Below are positions 41,833 through 50,391 of a stretch of 64,000 nucleotides of DNA, in pieces (within the stretch, counting starts at the first letter, position 1; each line of letters begins with the position of its first letter). The translations under genes and the position numbers were made by a program. Source of the DNA: Microcystaceae cyanobacterium (GTDB taxonomy: Bacteria > Cyanobacteriota > Cyanobacteriia > Cyanobacteriales > Microcystaceae). The stretch lies in NCBI GenBank assembly GCA_041746575.1, contig JBGTGT010000101.1:43859-107858 (forward strand), written 5' to 3'. The notes beneath the pieces are model-generated. The model ran no database searches. It was not told where the DNA came from and saw only the letters and a program-made list of their open reading frames with translations.

Positions 41833-41926
41833 CTATCGCAGTGTTACCCCATTTTGAACCATGCCCCAATTTCCCATTAAAATAAAAGCAGCCCAATAAT
41901 AGGGATGGCGATAATCTTCAGTTGAA
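41833..41926 (-). pseudogene. C-terminal scar of a CHAT-domain gene
   Basis: EDYRHPYYWAAFILMGNW, the typical CHAT terminal motif, with none of the rest of the domain. Confidence 0.65.
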
Positions 41927-42073
41927 TCTGATCTTCGAGCCGTAGGACAATGGCCAAAATGCGATCGCACTTTGGCACAAGCCGTTAAAAACATTTTAGA
42001 ATCATATCAAAAATTGACGCAGAATTAAAGAAAACGCCAAGAGCATGATTTCTCTTTTTCTATTTCTTTTTTA

Positions 42074-42223
42074 TTATAGCAATAATTCGCAGAAATCTCA
42101 GAGAGCAGAAAAGAAGAAAAACATCCAGATATTCGAGAAAGAATTTTAATATTGTTATTGCTAAAGGATGAAAAAACTCAAGCTAAGATTGGCTTTATCT
42201 TGTTAAAGATAAAATTAAATTAA
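42074..42223 (+). mobile_element. IS630-family transposase HTH fragment
   Basis: KEEKHPDIRERILILLLLKDEKTQAKI, recalled as the N-terminus of cyanobacterial IS630 transposases; preceded by TATAGCAA. Confidence 0.55.
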
Positions 42224-42360
42224 GAAAAAATAAAGATGAGATGGAGAACTGAATCATTCGACAGGAGAGTATAACATTTTCTAAAGACTTGAAGTTGAAA
42301 GAACAAAAAACTGTTTTAATCACAGTAGAATAATTAAGCTGACGAAGAACAGCGAGAACC

Positions 42361-43341
42361 ATGGTTTCCTTTAAAGTAATGACGTGGAACTTAGAAAATC
42401 TGTTTCAGCCTTCTCAATCGAATCCTGAAACTGCTCAAGAATATCAAGAAAAACTGACCACCTTAGCCCAAGTCATCTTAGACTTAAAATCAGATATCAT
42501 CGGCGTACAGGAAGTGGGTAATCCCTCAGCCTTTGATGATTTACTAGCAAAATTAGACGGACAATATCCCCATCATCAATTATCCACTGAACCCGATACA
42601 AGGGGCATCCGTGTCGGTTTTCTCTCTAAATTACCCATTGAATCCTCAGAAGAGATCGTCGATTTTCCCTGTGAAGGATTAGCCAGTGTGCCGGGAATAG
42701 ATAATAATGGCAACCCTAGCAAAGTGACCCGTCTGAGTCGGGGAGCATTACGCATCACCGTTACCATCTCCTCTGGATTAAAAGTGAACCTGATAACGAC
42801 TCATTGGAAATCGAAATTGTTAACCTTTGCAGGGGGACGGTTTACCACCTCAAATGAAGATGAACGAGCAAGGGTTGCCGGAATTGCTTTGTTAAGGCGT
42901 ACAGCAGAAGCCGTGGCCATCCGTGTTAAAGCTTCGGAGTTATTAGTCGGTAATAAAGACCAAGGATTAATTGTTTTGGGAGATTTGAACGACGTGACTG
43001 AGGCGGCCACCACCCAAATTCTACAGGGGCCGCGGGGGAGCGAACTTGGCACAAAGGGATTTGAACGACCCGATAAAGGAGATGATGCTCGATTGTTTAA
43101 TCTTGCCCCCTTAATGCCAGCAGAAAGACGCTTTTCAAGAGTTTTTCAAGGCAACGGTGAATTAATTGACCATATTTTTGTTAGTGAGGAGCTATTACCG
43201 GGGCAACCCCGTCAACGTCCCGTGGTAGATAGTCATATTGATGCTTTGGGGTCACTGCCGTCTATCTCGGAACTGCCGAGCGAGCGACGGGGCAAACCAG
43301 GGTCTGACCATGCGCCCGTAACGGCTACGTTTGATTGGTAA
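42361..43341 (+). CDS. endonuclease/exonuclease/phosphatase (EEP) family protein
   Basis: MTWNLENL, GVQEV, HWKSK, LGDLND, IDHIFVS, SDHAPV; no signal peptide. Confidence 0.92.
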   Translation: MVSFKVMTWNLENLFQPSQSNPETAQEYQEKLTTLAQVILDLKSDIIGVQEVGNPSAFDDLLAKLDGQYPHHQLSTEPDTRGIRVGFLSKLPIESSEEIVDFPCEGLASVPGIDNNGNPSKVTRLSRGALRITVTISSGLKVNLITTHWKSKLLTFAGGRFTTSNEDERARVAGIALLRRTAEAVAIRVKASELLVGNKDQGLIVLGDLNDVTEAATTQILQGPRGSELGTKGFERPDKGDDARLFNLAPLMPAERRFSRVFQGNGELIDHIFVSEELLPGQPRQRPVVDSHIDALGSLPSISELPSERRGKPGSDHAPVTATFDW

Positions 43342-43371
43342 ATCGTTGAATTTAAACAGGAGGAAACGATT

Positions 43372-44427
43372 ATGTCTTTAAGTGAAGGTTATGGCATTCT
43401 TAAAGGGACAGCCCTTGAGGGAAAGGCTGAAAGAGAGGACAAAAAAAGTCCTCATTATCAAATTTTAGTTGAAGCGAATTTAGAAAAATTTCGAGTTCCC
43501 GTTAATGTTAAATCCGTCAAAGAACCCCCAGATTTATTGGTCAAAATCGTTCTCGACTTCGACCATCCGATAACCCAACAATTAACCCAACTGTCTCCTG
43601 GTTTTACGGAGATTTCCCTCGCCGAACGAAAAGCCGGTGGGGTTGCCTTAGATTATATCCGTATGAATCTAGCTAATCAAGCAGAAATGCGCGTCGTTAG
43701 GGCATATTTAGACGGAAGAGATAATGATTTAAACGATTTATTAGAAGGGATTATTTTGCCCATCTTGAACGATTCTCAAGTAGAGGTGTATGCCTTTGGT
43801 GAGCCGTGGGGGCCGGAGAGCAAAAGAGATAAAATTTTTAGTTTTCAACCCGGTCGCGGTGTTCATAATATTCACATGAATCAAGGCAACCGAGAAGCGC
43901 AATTTGCCAAAGAAAACAGCGTATATCAAGATGGAGGGTTATTAATCCATCTCAAAGATGAAAATCGTTGGATGGCTTTTTTCTCGGCCTTTCAGTCTCA
44001 ATCTTTCCATACAGATGATGCAACGGGAAATCCCTTGGATAATCAAGGTCAACCCGTCCAACCTCGTCCTGATGTTGAAGAACCGCTTCCCTCTGTTCCT
44101 TTGGATATCAAGATTATTGCCGCCCTAGTCAATCCCCTAGGCGATGATGTCGGACTAGAAACGGTTACAGTAATCAATACCACCGCGAATACGATAACGC
44201 TAGAAGGATGGTCACTGGCTGACCGAATTAAGCGAAAAATGCCCCTTTCTGGCTCAATAGAAGCCGGAGAAACCCATCGGATTAAGCTATCGGGGAATGA
44301 TATTCAACTGAGTAATCAAGGAGGAATGATTACGTTGCTCAATCCTCAAGGATTAAAAGTGGATGGGGTATCCTACACCAAGCAGGAGGTCAATACTCAA
44401 GGAAAGACGCTAATTTTTAAAATTTAA
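43372..44427 (+). CDS. DUF2278 (YukJ) protein with C-terminal lamin-tail-like domain
   Basis: YGILKG, PHYQI, LDYIR, GVHNIHMNQGN, YQDGGL, AFQSQSFHTD; then IIAALVNP.G.D...ETV...LSNQGG.ITL. Confidence 0.85.
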   Translation: MSLSEGYGILKGTALEGKAEREDKKSPHYQILVEANLEKFRVPVNVKSVKEPPDLLVKIVLDFDHPITQQLTQLSPGFTEISLAERKAGGVALDYIRMNLANQAEMRVVRAYLDGRDNDLNDLLEGIILPILNDSQVEVYAFGEPWGPESKRDKIFSFQPGRGVHNIHMNQGNREAQFAKENSVYQDGGLLIHLKDENRWMAFFSAFQSQSFHTDDATGNPLDNQGQPVQPRPDVEEPLPSVPLDIKIIAALVNPLGDDVGLETVTVINTTANTITLEGWSLADRIKRKMPLSGSIEAGETHRIKLSGNDIQLSNQGGMITLLNPQGLKVDGVSYTKQEVNTQGKTLIFKI

Positions 44428-44619
44428 TTCCATTTCTCAAAATTATGTCTAGATATGATCAGGTTAAGGGAGTGGCCCAGCCTAGTATCATAGAGAGCAT
44501 GAAATCGTTTAACTTGACAACGCCCTCAGTATAATTCCTGAATATTAATCGTTTCCCACTTGACTGGCGTATCATAGAATGCGGTAAGATACAAAATAGC
44601 GAAAATTAACATAAACCTT

Positions 44620-44709
44620 ATGGATATTCTGGCACTTGGTTGGGTTAGTGTTTTAGTCCTTTTTACGTGGTCAATTGCAATGGTAATTTGGGGTCGTAAC
44701 GGCTTCTAA
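44620..44709 (+). CDS. petN: cytochrome b6f subunit 8
   Basis: [29 protein letters not shown] (not in the ORF track). Confidence 0.97.
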   Translation: MDILALGWVSVLVLFTWSIAMVIWGRNGF

Positions 44710-44713
44710 GATT

Positions 44714-44857
44714 GTGGATAAGTCATTTCTCTTAAATGGACTTTTTTTGTTATCCTTCATCCTACTTGTTGTCGTGAGTGGGGGGATTCTCTACTTAACG
44801 GCAATGGAGTGGCGCGATCGCCGTCGCCAAGATCGCGATCAAAAACCTCGGCGATAA
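44714..44857 (+). CDS. 47-aa single-TM small protein downstream of petN
   Basis: GTG start 4 nt after the petN stop; MDKSFLLNGLFLLSFILLVVVSGGILYLTAMEWRDRRRQDRDQKPRR. Confidence 0.75.
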   Translation: MDKSFLLNGLFLLSFILLVVVSGGILYLTAMEWRDRRRQDRDQKPRR

Positions 44858-44888
44858 TGACATTTTCATCCTTTTCATCCTTAGATCT

Positions 44889-44924
44889 TCCCCTATTTTA
44901 AGTCTGCTTAGTAGGGGATTTTTT
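44889..44924 (+). terminator. terminator after petN and the small ORF
   Basis: TCCCCTA...TAGGGGA stem followed by TTTTTT. Confidence 0.65.
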
Positions 44925-44943
44925 GAAGTCTATTTTCCGACAA

Positions 44944-45504
44944 TTAAGGCGTATTTTCTTGTCCGTTGCCTAAAGGGGTCGTTATCGTCTCAATACCTCG
45001 ATCATAAATCATTAAATCCCATTGTCCGTTCCGATTATGCTCAAAAGCCACAAAACGACCATTGCCACTTATCGTTGGATGACGCACTTCGCCTAAGTGA
45101 TTTCGGGTGATATTTTGTGAAGCAAAGCTTTGGCGATCATATAACCAAATATCGGGTTTTCCTGACTGCTCTGAGACATAGACAATAGATCGTCCGTCTG
45201 CGCTAATATCGGGTTGATCCTGCATAATTCCACCTAGATTTAACCCCGGTAAAGGGATTAATTGATGGCGTTGGGTATCGTATAATAAAACACGTCGTTG
45301 TGCGGCGCGATCAGAGACAAACACTAGATAACGTCCATCATAAGAAAAGCGAGGTTGTCCTTCTAGCTTCGGCGTATTGAGGCTTGATCCTAAATTTTGA
45401 GTAGGAGGCGTAACAAATCCCGATGTTTGACAACCTATTAAGAAAAAATTGCCGATAATTAGCCCAAAAAGTTGTTTCCCTAATGATTCAGGACATAGCT
45501 TCAT
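44944..45504 (-). CDS. TolB-like (PD40 repeat) lipoprotein
   Basis: Lipobox FLIGC; repeats SYDGRYLVFVS / SADGRSIVYVS / SGNGRFVAF. Confidence 0.85.
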   Translation of the reverse strand: MKLCPESLGKQLFGLIIGNFFLIGCQTSGFVTPPTQNLGSSLNTPKLEGQPRFSYDGRYLVFVSDRAAQRRVLLYDTQRHQLIPLPGLNLGGIMQDQPDISADGRSIVYVSEQSGKPDIWLYDRQSFASQNITRNHLGEVRHPTISGNGRFVAFEHNRNGQWDLMIYDRGIETITTPLGNGQENTP

Positions 45505-45772
45505 TACTAGCGGTTTCTGAAAGGGGTAAGGTGCAACAGTTGACGTCATCTAGACAGACTTTTCCCCATTGCAAAGCCCATCTTACTAATTCTACTCGAT
45601 TATCGGTTTTGGTTTTAGTGAGAATATTACTGATGTGGTTATCTACCGTTCGTTTACTAATCTCTAATCGCTGAGAAATTTCTTGATTAGTTAAGCCACG
45701 AGCCACTAACTCCACGATTTCCACTTCTCGTTCTGATAAAGAGGCGGGATTCTCAAATTTAGCTTTCTTCAT
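45488..45772 (-). CDS. pedR: small LuxR-type redox regulator
   Basis: LSEREVEIVELVARGLTN...RTVDNHISNIL, WGKVCLDDVNCC. Confidence 0.88.
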   Translation of the reverse strand: MKKAKFENPASLSEREVEIVELVARGLTNQEISQRLEISKRTVDNHISNILTKTKTDNRVELVRWALQWGKVCLDDVNCCTLPLSETASNEAMS

Positions 45773-45882
45773 AAGTATTGTTTCCGTCGTATATTTACCT
45801 AAGTCTATCTTTTCTATTGTATAAGCATTAGCAAAGACCGGCCTGTTAATTTACTGAATATAAAATGAAGTTTTCTCTCCTT

Positions 45883-47589
45883 TTAATTTAGCTGGCGATA
45901 AGCTACATAAATCGCCTCTAAAAAAAGACTGGCTGTTACATTATTGGGAATATCGGACAGATGGATAATATCTTTAACTTCATAGGCTAGTTTACGAGCG
46001 ACATCATGACGAGCAGAAAGAAGCATTTCGTCTCGATGTTGTAAATATTCAGACAAAACGGCAAAATTTTCGGAAGAAAGCAAATAAACCTCAGATATCG
46101 TCCCTATTTCCTGAGATAAGACTTCTGCTTCTGAAGAAATTTTAATCTCATCAGGCTTTTGTTTTTGATCTTCTTGAATAACAATTGTTTTTGCCACTAA
46201 ATCGCCTAAGCGTTTTTCTTTTTGCTCAAATAAAATCAATAAAGCCCCAACGAAGAATAATTGATCAATAGGTAAAAGTAAGGCTCTTGGGATTGCCTGT
46301 TGCCAACACATAGGTCGACCATTTTCTTGAATCACTCGAATATTCACCCATTTTTTACCGGGGGTTTGTCCTTGCCATTGGGTTTCAAAAAAGGCAAAAT
46401 AACCGACAAAAATGGCAAAAACGAGCAAGAATTGCATGGCATATATCCATAATATTCCTTGAAATCGTTCGGCTAACCTAAAGAAAATAAATAAGAAAAC
46501 CCAAAGTACTAAAATAAAAATAAGCGTGAAGTTGATAATTAATAAATCAATAAGTAGTGCATAGGTACGATTGCCGATTCCTGCCAAGGTCAAGTTAAAT
46601 TCGATACTTTCGGGGGTGGCTAAGCGAATTTGTTTGAGGGGATTGATATTTTCAAACGATTCTAGGGTGAAATTTAGCCCTTCACGACGACTGCGTAAAT
46701 TATAATAGATAACGGCTTTAATAATTTGCCAAAAAGCACTAATGAAGCAATTCACTGCTAATCCTAAAAGAATAGAAGTAACAAAAATAAAATCGTAAAA
46801 AATAGAGTTTTGAGGTAAGAATCCTAAATAAATTTGCAGAAGAAAGCTCCCATTAATGACAAATGGCAAAGTTACTAAATAGGCAATAAAAATAATTAAT
46901 TGCATAAAAAATACAGTGTTTCTGATTAAATGCCAACTTCTTTGAATACTCTTGCCTCCCGTCATATTTGATTCAACCGCTAGGGGAACTTCCGCGATAA
47001 ACCAATGCGTTGCCAGCCAAAACAAGATCATAATACCTGTGGCAAAAGCGATCGCTTTCATTAAAAATAAGGAAAAATAGGAGAAAATAGCAAAAGTTAA
47101 CCAAGAAATAACCAAAATTGCGCCTGCATACGCAAAAAACTGGAGACAAATCCGCAAAAATGACCATTTGTATCGCAGTAATTCTTGCCTTGCTAAAGGA
47201 ATCGTTTCGGGTTGATGGATTAATTTTGTAAAAGCAAATCGAGAAATTAAGGCAAAATTGACTAACATACGGCTCAAGGCAATTAAGGAAATAATCAATC
47301 CACCGCTAAAAAGGACAAAGGCAATTAAAGAAACAATGGAAGGGGGCAGAGGGATATTAATCAGATTGCCAAAAAAGGGATTATTTAAGATGATCCAAAA
47401 AGCCGCCAATAACACGAGACTGGCAACCGAAATTAAGAAAGTTATTGAAGCGAGAATTTGCCACAACGTTGCTCTCAGGGCAATTCTAAGATAGGATTTG
47501 AAATGAGAATGATACAGACTCACTGCTGTACTGACCACATTACCCGCACTCATAGGGGCTAAGGGTTGATACTGAGACATTAAAGCCAC
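45883..47589 (-). CDS. fused membrane protein + RDD domain
   Basis: N-half PMSAGNVVS...YYNLRSRREG; C-half TPESIEF.LAGIGNR, GQTPGK, KRLGDLVA. Confidence 0.8.
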   Translation of the reverse strand: MALMSQYQPLAPMSAGNVVSTAVSLYHSHFKSYLRIALRATLWQILASITFLISVASLVLLAAFWIILNNPFFGNLINIPLPPSIVSLIAFVLFSGGLIISLIALSRMLVNFALISRFAFTKLIHQPETIPLARQELLRYKWSFLRICLQFFAYAGAILVISWLTFAIFSYFSLFLMKAIAFATGIMILFWLATHWFIAEVPLAVESNMTGGKSIQRSWHLIRNTVFFMQLIIFIAYLVTLPFVINGSFLLQIYLGFLPQNSIFYDFIFVTSILLGLAVNCFISAFWQIIKAVIYYNLRSRREGLNFTLESFENINPLKQIRLATPESIEFNLTLAGIGNRTYALLIDLLIINFTLIFILVLWVFLFIFFRLAERFQGILWIYAMQFLLVFAIFVGYFAFFETQWQGQTPGKKWVNIRVIQENGRPMCWQQAIPRALLLPIDQLFFVGALLILFEQKEKRLGDLVAKTIVIQEDQKQKPDEIKISSEAEVLSQEIGTISEVYLLSSENFAVLSEYLQHRDEMLLSARHDVARKLAYEVKDIIHLSDIPNNVTASLFLEAIYVAYRQLN

Positions 47590-47642
47590 CCTAACGATTT
47601 CTTTGAATTCATCGAGAAGTGCGATCGCAATCGCTGAATCCG

Positions 47643-47939
47643 CTAACCCATGTCTTTGATAATTTGTAACAAAAACTGCGCAAAGGCTTCATCTCCGAGA
47701 CGATTAACGGCTTCCTGCAATAGGTGCGAATGATGTTCATTTTTAGCAGATAAATTACCTGCAATTGGAACTAATAAGCCTAAATGTAGAATCAAATCCT
47801 GCAATTCCTCGCGGAATCTTGCTCGCTTTGCCGCTAAGACTTCAACAGTACGATTGACTGTCTTTTCTTGTAAGGCATGGGAACGCTCTCGAATGATTTC
47901 AGTTAGCACAAGGGTTTCTTGTCGAGTTGGTTCTAGCAT
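47643..47939 (-). CDS. hypothetical protein
   Basis: Helical ORF; ATG with GAGGA upstream. Confidence 0.6.
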   Translation of the reverse strand: MLEPTRQETLVLTEIIRERSHALQEKTVNRTVEVLAAKRARFREELQDLILHLGLLVPIAGNLSAKNEHHSHLLQEAVNRLGDEAFAQFLLQIIKDMG

Positions 47940-48182
47940 GGTTAGTCGAATTCCTCTGACAGAACAATAATCACTGGAGAAAGAGGGTATCAAAAAAATG
48001 CTAAAAATAAAGATAAATAGTTGCTTTTTGGGCAGTTATCATCAATTAATATTTTGCTAAAAGGGATTCATTTACCTCTAATAATAGCAAGGAAACCCAG
48101 ACAGAATTTCTAAAGAAAATGCGTAATTTAGTCTGGAGCAATCCTTGATAACGAGCTTGCCGACCCTTTTTGTAATCTATAT

Positions 48183-48788
48183 TTAATTCGTCGTGTTTCG
48201 AGAACGTTCAACCCTAAAAAGTAGTTGTAAAGCGATAATAATTCCCACTAATCCGGCGGCAATGACATTGAGCGTCGCTTGGATGGCAATTAGACTCGAC
48301 GGGGTAACTAATGCGCCGGGTACAGCTAAGGTTGTCCCGATCTGATTAGGGGCAATTACTGTCGCCCCTTGGGGTAAAGTTAATAACTTGAAGGTCAATT
48401 CACCCACGCGGATGAGGGCAATTAACACAGAAATAGCCATTACCCCAATATTGGTAAACAGCCCTAACTTGAGGTCTCGAACCATTGTAGCGTAAGTGAG
48501 ACGAGAATTTTGACGCTTCAGCCGTCTGGCCAACTTTGTGTAACGAAAACACCAATAAATACTGAAAATGAGCATTATTAAACAGGTAAGGGCTAATCCT
48601 AACCCGACTGATAATCTACCCGCCGCTGGTTGCCCCCATTTTGCTAGGGCATAAATAATCACCACAAGGATGGGAATTAACCCTAAAAGGGTTTGCACAA
48701 AAAAACCAATCCATCCTAAGCGTAAAAAAGCAGGGGAGAGATGTTGAGACGTTGAGGCATTGACTTGAGACTTGGGAGAATTAGACAT
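48183..48788 (-). CDS. DUF3611 (Tic21-like) membrane protein
   Basis: RLGWIGFFVQ.LLG, FSIYWCFRY. Confidence 0.8.
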   Translation of the reverse strand: MSNSPKSQVNASTSQHLSPAFLRLGWIGFFVQTLLGLIPILVVIIYALAKWGQPAAGRLSVGLGLALTCLIMLIFSIYWCFRYTKLARRLKRQNSRLTYATMVRDLKLGLFTNIGVMAISVLIALIRVGELTFKLLTLPQGATVIAPNQIGTTLAVPGALVTPSSLIAIQATLNVIAAGLVGIIIALQLLFRVERSRNTTN

Positions 48789-48872
48789 ATATAAAATAGG
48801 GGAAGAGAAAAGGGAAGCAAAAGCGAATGATTAGCTGAATTCAGTTTTCTGTTGAACTCATTATAATGAGCA

Positions 48873-49367
48873 ATGAGATTATCAGAAAAATTTTTGATTC
48901 ATGAACTTATTTCAATCAATAAAGTAAAAATGACGATTTTATGGACATTATTCTTCTTCACAGCTCAAGCTAATCTTTCAGATCCGGATTTTCAGCGATT
49001 AGCCGAACACTTGGCACAATTAAACATCCCTTTGAAATGGGAGAAACCCCCCGGAACGGGGAATTATGGTGCCTTTGAACCCAAAAGTCAAACGATTTGG
49101 TTAGATCCTATTATTATTGACTTAGGAATTGCAAAACCAACCTTAATTCATGAATCAGTTCACGTTGCTCAAGAATGCAAAGGAAAGGGTAAACTGATAC
49201 CCTTAAACTTGGATCTAGAAACGCCTGCCCTCACCCGACGCTATTTTATGCGTTATAGTGGCGATCGCCGTGATTTAGAGCGGGAAGCCTATACCGTTCA
49301 AGCCCAATCGAATAGTACGGAGATTGCGATCGCTTTATTAGAAAAGTATTGTCAAAATATTCGTTAA
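48873..49367 (+). CDS. small zincin-like (HExxH) protein; start possibly 48930
   Basis: TLIHESVHVAQEC...EREAY. Confidence 0.75.
   Translation: MRLSEKFLIHELISINKVKMTILWTLFFFTAQANLSDPDFQRLAEHLAQLNIPLKWEKPPGTGNYGAFEPKSQTIWLDPIIIDLGIAKPTLIHESVHVAQECKGKGKLIPLNLDLETPALTRRYFMRYSGDRRDLEREAYTVQAQSNSTEIAIALLEKYCQNIR
49294..49357 (+). repeat. left 64-bp direct repeat (3' end of the zincin gene, contains HIP1)
   Basis: 56/64 ungapped identity with 54874-54937; identical 26-mer GGAGATTGCGATCGCTTTATTAGAAA. Confidence 0.93.
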
Positions 49368-49386
49368 GTCTTCAATAATCCTATTG

Positions 49387-50094
49387 CTAAGGACTGTTGG
49401 AATTCCCTGTTTTCCTCTCTAGTTCCCGAATTTTCATTTCTAATACCCTATTTTCGGTTCTCAATTTATTGGCTTGTTCCCGATAATAATTAGCTTGTTG
49501 GAGCGTTAACTTTCTTTGAGCATCTTCGTTCGCCAAATGGGATTGATGAGCCGCTTCACATCTGGCTCTTAAGCCTCCATCTACCGGAATCGATACAGAG
49601 AATAAAGCACCAAATTCTTGAGCATAGCCCGATGCACCTCTAGTATAGCTAGCCGAGTGAATAGTGGTTCCGGGGCAAGAGATGCCTCCCCCCAAACCAA
49701 ATTGAGATAGGGGAGGTGCGTAAATAACAGGGGCATTTGTCCCTAACGCTCTAGGAGAACTGCTGCCTTGACTGGAAGAATTTGAGCGATTGTTCGGCTC
49801 ATCCAAGTTAAATACTCGGTTATCTTGGATAACTCTGCCATCATAATTTTGATCAGAAGCGTTGATGTCTCGATTATCGATAACTGTATCGTTGTCGTAA
49901 ATTATGCGGTCTCCGTCAATCGTAAAATTATTAATGCCGATATCGTTTTCATTGTTGCTTAAGTTCAAATTGTCATTGGTTGTTGTGTTCCGAACCCCAA
50001 TATCAGAATCAACACTGCTAGAAACCTGTGCTTTGGCGGGTATGGGTAGCGAAAGTAACAGAACGATTACTAAAAAACGATAATAGTGGCTCAT
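49387..50094 (-). CDS. secreted Asn/Asp-rich protein with Cys-pair beta-hairpin and C-terminal coiled coil
   Basis: Signal PAKA|Q; N/D-rich stretch; GGGISCPGT...FGALFSVSIPVDGGLRARCEAA; heptad tail. Confidence 0.8.
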   Translation of the reverse strand: MSHYYRFLVIVLLLSLPIPAKAQVSSSVDSDIGVRNTTTNDNLNLSNNENDIGINNFTIDGDRIIYDNDTVIDNRDINASDQNYDGRVIQDNRVFNLDEPNNRSNSSSQGSSSPRALGTNAPVIYAPPLSQFGLGGGISCPGTTIHSASYTRGASGYAQEFGALFSVSIPVDGGLRARCEAAHQSHLANEDAQRKLTLQQANYYREQANKLRTENRVLEMKIRELERKTGNSNSP

Positions 50095-50391
50095 GACTCA
50101 TGGTATTGGAATTTGCCAAAAGTAAAAAATAAAGGGAAAGGACTTTAAAAAGTCAGTTCCTTCCCCTTCCTCAGGATTTGATCAGGGACTTACTTAAGCA
50201 AGGTGTTAACTGTTTTGCTAACTTCAATCGGTTAAGTTCCTAACCTGATCCTGTCAGTTGTCGTTTAATCCCGTTTTTCAAAAATATCGAGAGCATTATC
50301 CTAATCCCCAGCCTCTCTCCCATAAGGCGAGGGAGTCAGATGTGTCTCAGGTATTCAGAAAATTGAGATAGGACGGAAAGAAACAACTTAA

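Noticed and set aside
44514..44535. TTGACA...TATAAT upstream of petN
   Set aside because: Spacer is only 10 nt, incompatible with a single sigma70 promoter
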